Shown piece by piece: positions 1-13,500 of a DNA stretch of 64,000 bases. Source of the DNA: Macrostomum hystrix (lineage: Eukaryota > Animalia > Platyhelminthes); contig CATNEN010000001.1 in NCBI GenBank assembly GCA_950097015.1, positions 19,282,001 through 19,346,000 on the forward strand, read 5' to 3'. The position numbers and the translations under genes are program-made. The notes under the pieces were generated by a model that saw only the letters and a program-made list of their open reading frames with translations, was not told where the DNA came from and made no database searches. How positions within the stretch are numbered: position 1 is the stretch's first letter; each line of letters begins with the position of its first letter.

Positions 1-3000
1 TAGGCTAATGAGCATTCATTAGTGTGAGGTCATGAGCACAGATTTGTAGGCTAATGAGCATTCATTAGTGTGAGGTCATGAGCACAGATTTGTAGGCTAA
101 TGAGCATTCATTAGTGTGAGGTCATGAGCACAGATTTGTAGGCTAATGAGCATTCATTAGTGTGAGGTCATGAGCACAGATTTGTAGGCTAATGAGCATT
201 CATTAGTGTGAGGTCATGAGCACAGATTTGTAGGCTAATCAGCATTCATTAGTGTGAGGTCATGATCACAGATTTGTAGGCTAATGAGCATTCATTAGTG
301 TGAGGTCATGAGCACAGATTTGTAGGCTAATCAGCATTCATTAGTGTGAGGTCATGAGCACAGATTTGTAGGCTAATGAGCATTCATTAGTGTGAGGTCA
401 TGATCTCAGATTTGTAGGCTAATGAGCATTCATTAGTGTGAGGTCATGAGCACAGATTTGTAGGCTAATGAGCATTCATTAGTGTGAGGTCATGAGCACA
501 GATTTGTAGGCTAATGAGCATTCATTAGTGTGAGGTCATGATCTCAGATTTGTAGGCTAATGAGCATTCATTAGTGTGAGGTCATGAGCACAGATTTGTA
601 GGCTAATGAGCATTCATTAGTGTGAGGTCATGATCTCAGATTTGTAGGCTAATCAGCATTCATTAGTGTGAGGTCATGATCACAGATTTGTAGGCTAATG
701 AGCATTCATTAGTGTGAGGTCATGATCACAGATTTGTAGGCTAATCAGCATTCATTAGTGTGAGGTCATGATCACAGATTTGTAGGCTAATGAGCATTCA
801 TTAGTGTGAGGTCATGAGCACAGATTTGTAGGCTAATGAGCATTCATTAGTGTGAGGTCATGAGCACAGATTTGTAGGCTAATGAGCATTCATTAGTGTG
901 AGGTCATGAGCACAGATTTGTAGGCTAATGAGCATTCATTAGTGTGAGGTCATGAGCACAGATTTGTAGGCTAATGAGCATTCATTAGTGTGAGGTCATT
1001 AGCACAGATTTGTAGGCTAATGAGCATTCATTAGTGTGAGGTCATGAGCACAGATTTGTAGGCTAATCAGCATTCATTAGTGTGAGGTCATGATCACAGA
1101 TTTGTAGGCTAATGAGCATTCATTAGTGTGAGGTCATGAGCACAGATTTGTAGGCTAATGAGCATTCATTAGTGTGAGGTCATGAGCACAGATTTGTAGG
1201 CTAATGAGCATTCATTAGTGTGAGGTCATGAGCACAGATTTGTAGGCTAATGAGCATTCATTAGTGTGAGGTCATGAGCACAGATTTGTAGGCTAATGAG
1301 CATTCATTAGTGTGAGGTCATGAGCACAGATTTGTAGGCTAATCAGCATTCATTAGTGTGAGGTCATGATCACAGATTTGTAGGCTAATGAGCATTCATT
1401 AGTGTGAGGTCATGAGCACAGATTTGTAGGCTAATCAGCATTCATTAGTGTGAGGTCATGAGCACAGATTTGTAGGCTAATGAGCATTCATTAGTGTGAG
1501 GTCATGATCTCAGATTTGTAGGCTAATGAGCATTCATTAGTGTGAGGTCATGAGCACAGATTTGTAGGCTAATCAGCATTCATTAGTGTGAGGTCATGAG
1601 CACAGATTTGTAGGCTAATGAGCATTCATTAGTGTGAGGTCATGAGCGCAGATTTGTAGGCTAATGAGCATTCATTAGTGTGAGGTCATGAGCACAGATT
1701 TGTAGGCTAATGAGCATTCATTAGTGTGAGGTCATGATCTCAGATTTGTAGGCTAATGAGCATTCATTAGTGTGAGGTCATGATCACAGATTTGTAGGCT
1801 AATCAGCATTCATTAGTGTGAGGTCATGAGCACAGATTTGTAGGCTAATGAGCATTCATTAGTGTGAGGTCATGATCTCAGATTTGTAGGCTAATGAGCA
1901 TTCATTAGTGTGAGGTCATGAGCACAGATTTGTAGGCTAATGAGCATTCATTAGTGTGAGGTCATGAGCACAGATTTGTAGGCTAATGAGCATTCATTAG
2001 TGTGAGGTCATGAGCACAGATTTGTAGGCTAATCAGCATTCATTAGTGTGAGGTCATGAGCACAGATTTGTAGGCTAATGAGCATTCATTAGTGTGAGGT
2101 CATGAGCACAGATTTGTAGGCTAATGAGCATTCATTAGTGTGAGGTCATGAGCACAGATTTGTAGGCTAATGAGCATTCATTAGTGTGAGGTCATGATCT
2201 CAGATTTGTAGGCTAATGAGCATTCATTAGTGTGAGGTCATGAGCACAGATTTGTAGGCTAATGAGCATTCATTAGTGTGAGGTCATGAGCACAGATTTG
2301 TAGGCTAATGAGCATTCATTAGTGTGAGGTCATGATCACAGATTTGTAGGCTAATGAGCATTCATTAGTGTGAGGTCATGAGCACAGATTTGTAGGCTAA
2401 TCAGCATTCATTAGTGTGAGGTCATGAGCACAGATTTGTAGGCTAATGAGCATTCATTAGTGTGAGGTCATGAGCACAGATTTGTAGGCTAATCAGCATT
2501 CATTAGTGTGAGGTCATGATCTCAGATTTGTAGGCTAATGAGCATTCATTAGTGTGAGGTCATGAGCACAGATTTGTAGGCTAATGAGCATTCATTAGTG
2601 TGAGGTCATGAGCACAGATTTGTAGGCTAATGAGCATTCATTAGTGTGAGGTCATGATCACAGATTTGTAGGCTAATGAGCATTCATTAGTGTGAGGTCA
2701 TGAGCACAGATTTGTAGGCTAATCAGCATTCATTAGTGTGAGGTCATGAGCACAGATTTGTAGGCTAATGAGCATTCATTAGTGTGAGGTCATGAGCACA
2801 GATTTGTAGGCTAATCAGCATTCATTAGTGTGAGGTCATGATCTCAGATTTGTAGGCTAATGAGCATTCATTAGTGTGAGGTCATGAGCACAGATTTGTA
2901 GGCTAATGAGCATTCATTAGTGTGAGGTCATGAGCACAGATTTGTAGGCTAATGAGCATTCATTAGTGTGAGGTCATGATCACAGATTTGTAGGCTAATG

Positions 3001-6000
3001 AGCATTCATTAGTGTGAGGTCATGAGCACAGATTTGTAGGCTAATCAGCATTCATTAGTGTGAGGTCATGAGCACAGATTTGTAGGCTAATGAGCATTCA
3101 TTAGTGTGAGGTCATGAGCACAGATTTGTAGGCTAATCAGCATTCATTAGTGTGAGGTCATGAGCACAGATTTGTAGGCTAATGAGCATTCATTAGTGTG
3201 AGGTCATGAGCACAGATTTGTAGGCTAATGAGCATTCATTAGTGTGAGGTCATGAGCACAGATTTGTAGGCTAATCAGCATTCATTAGTGTGAGGTCATG
3301 AGCACAGATTTGTAGGCTAATGAGCATTCATTAGTGTGAGGTCATGAGCACAGATTTGTAGGCTAATCAGCATTCATTAGTGTGAGGTCATGAGCACAGA
3401 TTTGTAGGCTAATGAGCATTCATTAGTGTGAGGTCATGAGCACAGATTTGTAGGCTAATCAGCATTCATTAGTGTGAGGTCATGAGCACAGATTTGTAGG
3501 CTAATCAGCATTCATTAGTGTGAGGTCATGAGCACAGATTTGTAGGCTAATGAGCATTCATTAGTGTGAGGTCATGAGCACAGATTTGTAGGCTAATGAG
3601 CATTCATTAGTGTGAGGTCATGAGCACAGATTTGTAGGCTAATCAGCATTCATTAGTGTGAGGTCATGAGCACAGATTTGTAGGCTAATCAGCATTCATT
3701 AGTGTGAGGTCATGAGCACAGATTTGTAGGCTAATGAGCATTCATTAGTGTGAGGTCATGAGCACAGATTTGTAGGCTAATGAGCATTCATTAGTGTGAG
3801 GTCATGAGCACAGATTTGTAGGCTAATGAGCATTCATTAGTGTGAGGTCATGAGCACAGATTTGTAGGCTAATGAGCATTCATTAGTGTGAGGTCATGAG
3901 CACAGATTTGTAGGCTAATGAGCATTCATTAGTGTGAGGTCATGATCTCAGATTTGTAGGCTAATGAGCATTCATTAGTGTGAGGTCATGAGCACAGATT
4001 TGTAGGCTAATGAGCATTCATTAGTGTGAGGTCATGATCTCAGATTTGTAGGCTAATCAGCATTCATTAGTGTGAGGTCATGATCACAGATTTGTAGGCT
4101 AATGAGCATTCATTAGTGTGAGGTCATGATCACAGATTTGTAGGCTAATCAGCATTCATTAGTGTGAGGTCATGATCACAGATTTGTAGGCTAATGAGCA
4201 TTCATTAGTGTGAGGTCATGAGCACAGATTTGTAGGCTAATGAGCATTCATTAGTGTGAGGTCATGAGCACAGATTTGTAGGCTAATGAGCATTCATTAG
4301 TGTGAGGTCATGAGCACAGATTTGTAGGCTAATGAGCATTCATTAGTGTGAGGTCATGATCACAGATTTGTAGGCTAATCAGCATTCATTAGTGTGAGGT
4401 CATGAGCACAGATTTGTAGGCTAATGAGCATTCATTAGTGTGAGGTCATGAGCACAGATTTGTAGGCTAATGAGCATTCATTAGTGTGAGGTCATGATCA
4501 CAGATTTGTAGGCTAATGAGCATTCATTAGTGTGAGGTCATGAGCACAGATTTGTAGGCTAATGAGCATTCATTAGTGTGAGGTCATGATCACAGATTTG
4601 TAGGCTAATGAGCATTCATTAGTGTGAGGTCATGATCACAGATTTGTAGGCTAATCAGCATTCATTAGTGTGAGGTCATGATCACAGATTTGTAGGCTAA
4701 TGAGCATTCATTAGTGTGAGGTCATGAGCACAGATTTGTAGGCTAATGAGCATTCATTAGTGTGAGGTCATGAGCACAGATTTGTAGGCTAATGAGCATT
4801 CATTAGTGTGAGGTCATGAGCACAGATTTGTAGGCTAATGAGCATTCATTAGTGTGAGGTCATGAGCACAGATTTGTAGGCTAATGAGCATTCATTAGTG
4901 TGAGGTCATTAGCACAGATTTGTAGGCTAATGAGCATTCATTAGTGTGAGGTCATGAGCACAGATTTGTAGGCTAATCAGCATTCATTAGTGTGAGGTCA
5001 TGATCACAGATTTGTAGGCTAATGAGCATTCATTAGTGTGAGGTCATGAGCACAGATTTGTAGGCTAATGAGCATTCATTAGTGTGAGGTCATGATCACA
5101 GATTTGTAGGCTAATGAGCATTCATTAGTGTGAGGTCATGAGCACAGATTTGTAGGCTAATCAGCATTCATTAGTGTGAGGTCATGAGCACAGATTTGTA
5201 GGCTAATGAGCATTCATTAGTGTGAGGTCATGAGCACAGATTTGTAGGCTAATCAGCATTCATTAGTGTGAGGTCATGAGCACAGATTTGTAGGCTAATG
5301 AGCATTCATTAGTGTGAGGTCATGAGCACAGATTTGTAGGCTAATGAGCATTCATTAGTGTGAGGTCATGAGCACAGATTTGTAGGCTAATCAGCATTCA
5401 TTAGTGTGAGGTCATGAGCACAGATTTGTAGGCTAATGAGCATTCATTAGTGTGAGGTCATGAGCACAGATTTGTAGGCTAATCAGCATTCATTAGTGTG
5501 AGGTCATGAGCACAGATTTGTAGGCTAATGAGCATTCATTAGTGTGAGGTCATGAGCACAGATTTGTAGGCTAATCAGCATTCATTAGTGTGAGGTCATG
5601 AGCACAGATTTGTAGGCTAATGAGCATTCATTAGTGTGAGGTCATGAGCACAGATTTGTAGGCTAATGAGCATTCATTAGTGTGAGGTCATGAGCACAGA
5701 TTTGTAGGCTAATGAGCATTCATTAGTGTGAGGTCATGAGCACAGATTTGTAGGCTAATGAGCATTCATTAGTGTGAGGTCATGAGCACAGATTTGTAGG
5801 CTAATGAGCATTCATTAGTGTGAGGTCATGAGCACAGATTTGTAGGCTAATCAGCATTCATTAGTGTGAGGTCATGAGCACAGATTTGTAGGCTAATGAG
5901 CATTCATTAGTGTGAGGTCATGAGCACAGATTTGTAGGCTAATGAGCATTCATTAGTGTGAGGTCATGAGCACAGATTTGTAGGCTAATCAGCATTCATT

Positions 6001-9000
6001 AGTGTGAGGTCATGAGCACAGATTTGTAGGCTAATCAGCATTCATTAGTGTGAGGTCATGAGCACAGATTTGTAGGCTAATGAGCATTCATTAGTGTGAG
6101 GTCATGAGCACAGATTTGTAGGCTAATGAGCATTCATTAGTGTGAGGTCATGAGCACAGATTTGTAGGCTAATGAGCATTCATTAGTGTGAGGTCATGAG
6201 CACAGATTTGTAGGCTAATGAGCATTCATTAGTGTGAGGTCATGAGCACAGATTTGTAGGCTAATGAGCATTCATTAGTGTGAGGTCATGATCTCAGATT
6301 TGTAGGCTAATGAGCATTCATTAGTGTGAGGTCATGAGCACAGATTTGTAGGCTAATGAGCATTCATTAGTGTGAGGTCATGATCTCAGATTTGTAGGCT
6401 AATCAGCATTCATTAGTGTGAGGTCATGATCACAGATTTGTAGGCTAATGAGCATTCATTAGTGTGAGGTCATGATCACAGATTTGTAGGCTAATCAGCA
6501 TTCATTAGTGTGAGGTCATGATCACAGATTTGTAGGCTAATGAGCATTCATTAGTGTGAGGTCATGAGCACAGATTTGTAGGCTAATGAGCATTCATTAG
6601 TGTGAGGTCATGAGCACAGATTTGTAGGCTAATGAGCATTCATTAGTGTGAGGTCATGAGCACAGATTTGTAGGCTAATGAGCATTCATTAGTGTGAGGT
6701 CATGAGCACAGATTTGTAGGCTAATGAGCATTCATTAGTGTGAGGTCATTAGCACAGATTTGTAGGCTAATGAGCATTCATTAGTGTGAGGTCATGAGCA
6801 CAGATTTGTAGGCTAATCAGCATTCATTAGTGTGAGGTCATGATCACAGATTTGTAGGCTAATGAGCATTCATTAGTGTGAGGTCATGAGCACAGATTTG
6901 TAGGCTAATGAGCATTCATTAGTGTGAGGTCATGAGCACAGATTTGTAGGCTAATGAGCATTCATTAGTGTGAGGTCATGAGCACAGATTTGTAGGCTAA
7001 TGAGCATTCATTAGTGTGAGGTCATGAGCACAGATTTGTAGGCTAATGAGCATTCATTAGTGTGAGGTCATGAGCACAGATTTGTAGGCTAATCAGCATT
7101 CATTAGTGTGAGGTCATGATCACAGATTTGTAGGCTAATGAGCATTCATTAGTGTGAGGTCATGAGCACAGATTTGTAGGCTAATCAGCATTCATTAGTG
7201 TGAGGTCATGAGCACAGATTTGTAGGCTAATGAGCATTCATTAGTGTGAGGTCATGATCTCAGATTTGTAGGCTAATGAGCATTCATTAGTGTGAGGTCA
7301 TGAGCACAGATTTGTAGGCTAATGAGCATTCATTAGTGTGAGGTCATGAGCACAGATTTGTAGGCTAATGAGCATTCATTAGTGTGAGGTCATGAGCACA
7401 GATTTGTAGGCTAATGAGCATTCATTAGTGTGAGGTCATGAGCACAGATTTGTAGGCTAATGAGCATTCATTAGTGTGAGGTCATGAGCACAGATTTGTA
7501 GGCTAATCAGCATTCATTAGTGTGAGGTCATGAGCACAGATTTGTAGGCTAATGAGCATTCATTAGTGTGAGGTCATGAGCACAGATTTGTAGGCTAATC
7601 AGCATTCATTAGTGTGAGGTCATGAGCACAGATTTGTAGGCTAATCAGCATTCATTAGTGTGAGGTCATGAGCACAGATTTGTAGGCTAATGAGCATTCA
7701 TTAGTGTGAGGTCATGATCACAGATTTGTAGGCTAATGAGCATTCATTAGTGTGAGGTCATGAGCACAGATTTGTAGGCTAATCAGCATTCATTAGTGTG
7801 AGGTCATGAGCACAGATTTGTAGGCTAATGAGCATTCATTAGTGTGAGGTCATGAGCACAGATTTGTAGGCTAATCAGCATTCATTAGTGTGAGGTCATG
7901 AGCACAGATTTGTAGGCTAATGAGCATTCATTAGTGTGAGGTCATGAGCACAGATTTGTAGGCTAATGAGCATTCATTAGTGTGAGGTCATGAGCACAGA
8001 TTTGTAGGCTAATCAGCATTCATTAGTGTGAGGTCATGAGCACAGATTTGTAGGCTAATGAGCATTCATTAGTGTGAGGTCATGAGCACAGATTTGTAGG
8101 CTAATCAGCATTCATTAGTGTGAGGTCATGAGCACAGATTTGTAGGCTAATGAGCATTCATTAGTGTGAGGTCATGAGCACAGATTTGTAGGCTAATGAG
8201 CATTCATTAGTGTGAGGTCATGAGCACAGATTTGTAGGCTAATGAGCATTCATTAGTGTGAGGTCATGAGCACAGATTTGTAGGCTAATGAGCATTCATT
8301 AGTGTGAGGTCATGAGCACAGATTTGTAGGCTAATCAGCATTCATTAGTGTGAGGTCATGAGCACAGATTTGTAGGCTAATGAGCATTCATTAGTGTGAG
8401 GTCATGAGCACAGATTTGTAGGCTAATCAGCATTCATTAGTGTGAGGTCATGAGCACAGATTTGTAGGCTAATCAGCATTCATTAGTGTGAGGTCATGAG
8501 CACAGATTTGTAGGCTAATGAGCATTCATTAGTGTGAGGTCATGAGCACAGATTTGTAGGCTAATGAGCATTCATTAGTGTGAGGTCATGAGCACAGATT
8601 TGTAGGCTAATCAGCATTCATTAGTGTGAGGTCATGAGCACAGATTTGTAGGCTAATCAGCATTCATTAGTGTGAGGTCATGAGCACAGATTTGTAGGCT
8701 AATCAGCATTCATTAGTGTGAGGTCATGAGCACAGATTTGTAGGCTAATGAGCATTCATTAGTGTGAGGTCATGAGCACAGATTTGTAGGCTAATGAGCA
8801 TTCATTAGTGTGAGGTCATGAGCACAGATTTGTAGGCTAATGAGCATTCATTAGTGTGAGGTCATGAGCACAGATTTGTAGGCTAATGAGCATTCATTAG
8901 TGTGAGGTCATGAGCACAGATTTGTAGGCTAATGAGCATTCATTAGTGTGAGGTCATGAGCACAGATTTGTAGGCTAATCAGCATTCATTAGTGTGAGGT

Positions 9001-9135
9001 CATGAGCACAGATTTGTAGGCTAATGAGCATTCATTAGTGTGAGGTCATGAGCACAGATTTGTAGGCTAATGAGCATTCATTAGTGTGAGGTCATGAGCA
9101 CAGATTTGTAGGCTAATGAGCATTCATTAGTGTGA
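1..9135. repeat. 46-bp tandem satellite (~198 units, runs off the window start)
   Basis: Unit TAGGCTAATGAGCATTCATTAGTGTGAGGTCATGAGCACAGATTTG repeated head-to-tail. Variation is nearly limited to aatG/Cag and gaGcAc/gaTcAc/gaTcTc. Confidence 0.99.
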
Positions 9136-9787
9136 CATGTGATTTTTTAATTAAGAAGTTAATTCCAAATGAATTCCTTTCTGTCTCTGAATCCACATAA
9201 CGCTATTTTAGTTTTATCAAATGTTCTGCTGATGGAATTGATGCATCGATAATGTGCCCTTGATTATTTGTTAGGTAAGCACAATTAATTAGTCCAATTA
9301 ATAGCGCATTTTTTGTCTTTAACTAAATAAATAAAAAAAATGAAATGTGAACTGACTACTTATCGAATTAACCTTCAAGTAGTATACATTGCGTAATAAA
9401 ATAATTTACTCAAGTTAAGTGATTTGATTTCTGCTGTCTAGCTTTTCATGTTTTACCTTTATTAAATCAACAAAAAAGCATGTTCATTTTAAACGCTTGC
9501 CTCTGTCAGTTTTCCCTTCGGTGTCTACTTATTTTGTCAGTAGTATTCGAAGCGTACGTTAATTATTTTTGTCTAAATTCTTGCCTGTCTGTCGCGCGCT
9601 GTTTTTTAGTTATTTTTCGTATATTTTCTGTTAGGCGAGGAACTGTTAAATTGGCAAGTTTTGAAGGAAGAAAATTCGAAGTGGAATCATGAATGTGTGT
9701 TCCATGTTTATTTCTTCTTTGTTTAGCTACTACTTTGCATCTACTTTATGAAGCTTTAATCGTGACCTTAATTTGGGATGCTGCTTA

Positions 9788-10558
9788 GGAGGGATTTTAC
9801 TGAAATGGGATAGGGATTTTACTGAAGTGGGATAGGGATTTTACTGAAGTGGGATTTCATATGGTAGGGATTTTATTGAAGTGGGATTTCATATATAATG
9901 GATTTTATTGAAGTGGGATTTCATATAGTAGGGATTTTATTGAAGTGGGATTTCATATATAAGGTATTTTATTGAAGTGGGATTTCATATAGTAGGGATT
10001 TTATTGATGTGGGATTTCATATATAAGGGATTTTATTGAAGTGGGATTTCATATAGTAGGGATTTTATTGATGTGGGATTTCATATCGTAGGGATTTTAT
10101 TGACGTGGGATTTCATATAGTAGGGATTTTATATACACGTAGGAGGGGTTTTAATAAAATGGGATTTCATATAGTAGGGATTTTATTGAAGTGGGATTTC
10201 ATATATAAGGGATTTTATTGAAGTGGGATTTCATATATAAGGGATTTTATTGAAGTGGGATTTCATATAGTAGGGATTTTATTGATGTGGGATTTCATAT
10301 ATAAGGGATTTTATTAAAGTGGGATTTCATATGGTACGGATTTTATTGATGTGGGATTTCATATTGTAGGAATTTTGTTGAAATGGGATTTCTTATGGGG
10401 ATATTATTAAAGTGGGATTTCATAAAGGGATTTTATTAAAGTAGGAATTTATATTATTGGGATATTATTAAAGTGGGATTTCATATGGTAGGGATTTTTT
10501 AAGTGGATTTCATATGCTAGGGATTTTATTGAAGTAGGATTTCATATGGTAGGGATTT
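9788..10558. repeat. ~32-bp minisatellite immediately upstream of the FOCAD-like start codon
   Basis: Unit GGGATTTTATTGAAGTGGGATTTCATATAGTA, degenerate at the edges. Confidence 0.95.
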
Positions 10559-10589
10559 ACCCCACCAGTGCTCGGGCATTGCAGCCGCA

Positions 10590-13500
10590 ATGGACTACTC
10601 AGACGAATTGTCCAATCTAAAGAAGATTGAAGCCCAGCTGCGCGCTTCAATAGCAGCTCACCTGGGCCCTGGGGGAGTGGTCACTCCGGACAATAAACAG
10701 AGACTGCCCGGCTGGGAGAAGCTGTTCGAATTGTTGACTCACGAGTCTCCGTGCGTGTCCGTGCCAGCTTGCCGAGTTTGCCTAGGACTTTATGAGGCCA
10801 ATAAATTATCTTTTAGTTTCCTGCTGCAGGCATCGTTGAGCTATGCCGCCTCAGTCACAGACTTCTTCGGATTGACTCTGCTTGCTGTTGAACTGGACAT
10901 CCGGGTGGCAACTGCTGCTGCTGCTGCTGCTGCTTCTGCTAGTCTATCTAAACAGGAAAGAAAAGAGGAGACTGCCTTGCTTCAACTGGCTAGGTGAGTG
11001 GCTTTGGTATAGTCCATGATCTTGAAAACGAGGTTCTTATAATGTCCTGGGTGAGATTCTCATAATCTCCCGTGTGAGATTCCCTTAATCTCCTAGGTGA
11101 GATTCTCTTAATCTCCTGGGTGAGATTCTCATAATCTCCTGTGTGAGATTCTCTTAATCTCCTAGGTGAGATTCTCATAATCTCCTAGGTGAGATTCTCA
11201 TAATCTCCTGGGTAAGATTCTCGTTATCTCCTGGGTGAGATTCTCATAGTCTCCTGGGTGAGGTTCTCAAAATTACGTGGGTGAGATTTTCATAATCTCC
11301 TAAAGTAAAGTGGCTCTATTCTCCCCAAAACCATCCTTAATCCTCAGGCGCAACAGATGCAGCCTTCATCAGCTGGTGCAGGCGGTCGCTTGCTATCACC
11401 ATAGCAACGCTATGGCAACGCCAGCGAGTCAACATCAGAGTATATTATTAAAAACGCACTGGGACTTTTTCACCTACTGTCTGACCGATTTAAATAGGCC
11501 GGGCTCCTCTCTGGCCATTCGGTTGGACATTGTTGACTTGTTGCGCGATTTGGACACAATATCTGATACTCAGTACGATTTGCTTAGCAACGCCCTAGCA
11601 ACCATTGTTGAACAGCGCCCAAAATACGCGGATACACTGGCCTACGTGTGGCGCCTCATTGAACGACTGCATAGTGGCTGGCGTCCTGATAAGCTCACAC
11701 TTTGTCGGCAATTCTCCCTATTAATCCCATGCGTTGACTGCCTGGTTCTCAGCGTCTCCACTGGCGCCCGGGTCCCTGCTCACGCATTCAAATTTCTCAT
11801 CGGACGCCTAGCCAATGATGGGCTAGGCGTGGTTGCTAGGCGGTTGCTAGGCGCTCACCTGTTGCTAGCCGCTGCTAGTTTAATACTAACTGGCTGGCAG
11901 GTTGCTTACCCTAAACAGCTGTGGGATCTGCTGGATTTGGCCATAGACAGTGCGCCCAGAGCATGGCTAGTTGGCCATTTGTACCTTCCGCTGCTTGGCT
12001 GCCTGTGCGTAGCCGGTGTGCACTGCGATGGCTATGGTAGGTGCAACTGCCTCTGTTGGTCTCCCATTCATTTGAAAAATTTGGAATCAACTATAGAAAG
12101 TATTGAAACCATGGCTAAGACTATGTACAGCAGCCCAGTCCATGGACTTTCGTGTGAAAGTCCACCATATAGATCTAAATTTTCCGCGCTTTACGATGAA
12201 GCAAGTTTCAAAGCCGTCCGACGTCAGCATCGTCCAGATATTCAGCGATTTTTGTAGAACAACCTGCTGACAGTTCAATAATCTGATGAGTCCATCTAGG
12301 GTTCTTTGTTCTCAGCATCCCAGGCACCAGGATCCGCTTTGTCACCGTCTGAAGCATCGGTGGCTACCGTCGGGATCTTCAACAAGAGTACCCGATCAGC
12401 ATCTAATAGTAGGCAGTTTTTTAAGGTGTTGACGGTCGCCACCGATGCTCCAGACGGTGATAAAGGGGATCCTAGTGTCTGGGATGCTGAGAACAAAGGT
12501 CCCATAGGTAAACAAAGGTGACATAGTTTGTGGAGCCGACTAATAATAATAATTGCAGGAGGGCTGCGGGCAATGGCACATCATTTGGTGACACTGGACC
12601 CGCAGCCAGCGAGCAGGCAATTCTGCCCATTCCGCTGACTCCTGAGCACACACGCACACAGATACCGCACGCAGGCACACGCTCACACAGGTGTGTACAT
12701 CTGCCCTGACTTCCCCATCGTCAGGCAGTGTACACTCTCACTGTGCCTTGCAGGTTGGACCTCAAGGGCGTAAATTTCACGACAAGTCCCCAAGCCTTCA
12801 TAAATGTGGCCTCGCCGTGGAATCGAGCTTAGGGACCTTGGTGTGAGAGGCAAACACGTTAACCGCTCTGCCTCTGTGAGTGGGGCCGACTTGGTTCCAT
12901 GATGAAGTTTTGTGAGCACAAATACTATTCCTATATTTGTAGTTGTTGACACCAGACTGAGACACGATGCCGATGTTTTGTGATTTTTACCCCCCTGTTC
13001 CGGGTTTTCATGGCGATTGCTTGAATATTTTGGGAGTGGTCTTTCTACTGTCAAACGCATATCGAATGCCGCATCTTCAACTACCTATGCAGAAGCTAGC
13101 AGTGCAGCCCGGCACCTGCTCGAAGATAAGCTTTGTTCATCAAAGTCTCCGCTGTCAGATCCGCCTCCAGCAGACGATCTGGCCAAGATTGCCGACTCGG
13201 TGCTGGCCAATTCGCACAGTTTCTCAGGCGCCGCATCTCAGTTGGCTGTTGTCCGGCTGATCAGGGACCTGTCTAAAATTGACACCGAATCGCGCGCCAA
13301 ACCGTTGCAATTTCGTCGCAAATGTGACAGAATCTGGGCATCGACGGAGGCACAGACTGGCAAGCTGACTCTGCTGCGGCCTGAGCTCAGTCGCCTGGCT
13401 CCCCTGATCAGCCAGCTGCTGTGGCCAGCCGGATCTGTTGAAGCCTATCGACTGGCTCTGAGCAGCACCCTGACCAGCCTGGTTGAGCTGAGTCGCAGCC

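Noticed and set aside
1-9135. CRISPR-like array of palindromic repeats
   Set aside because: Units are head-to-tail with no unique spacers, there are no cas genes, and the context is eukaryotic.
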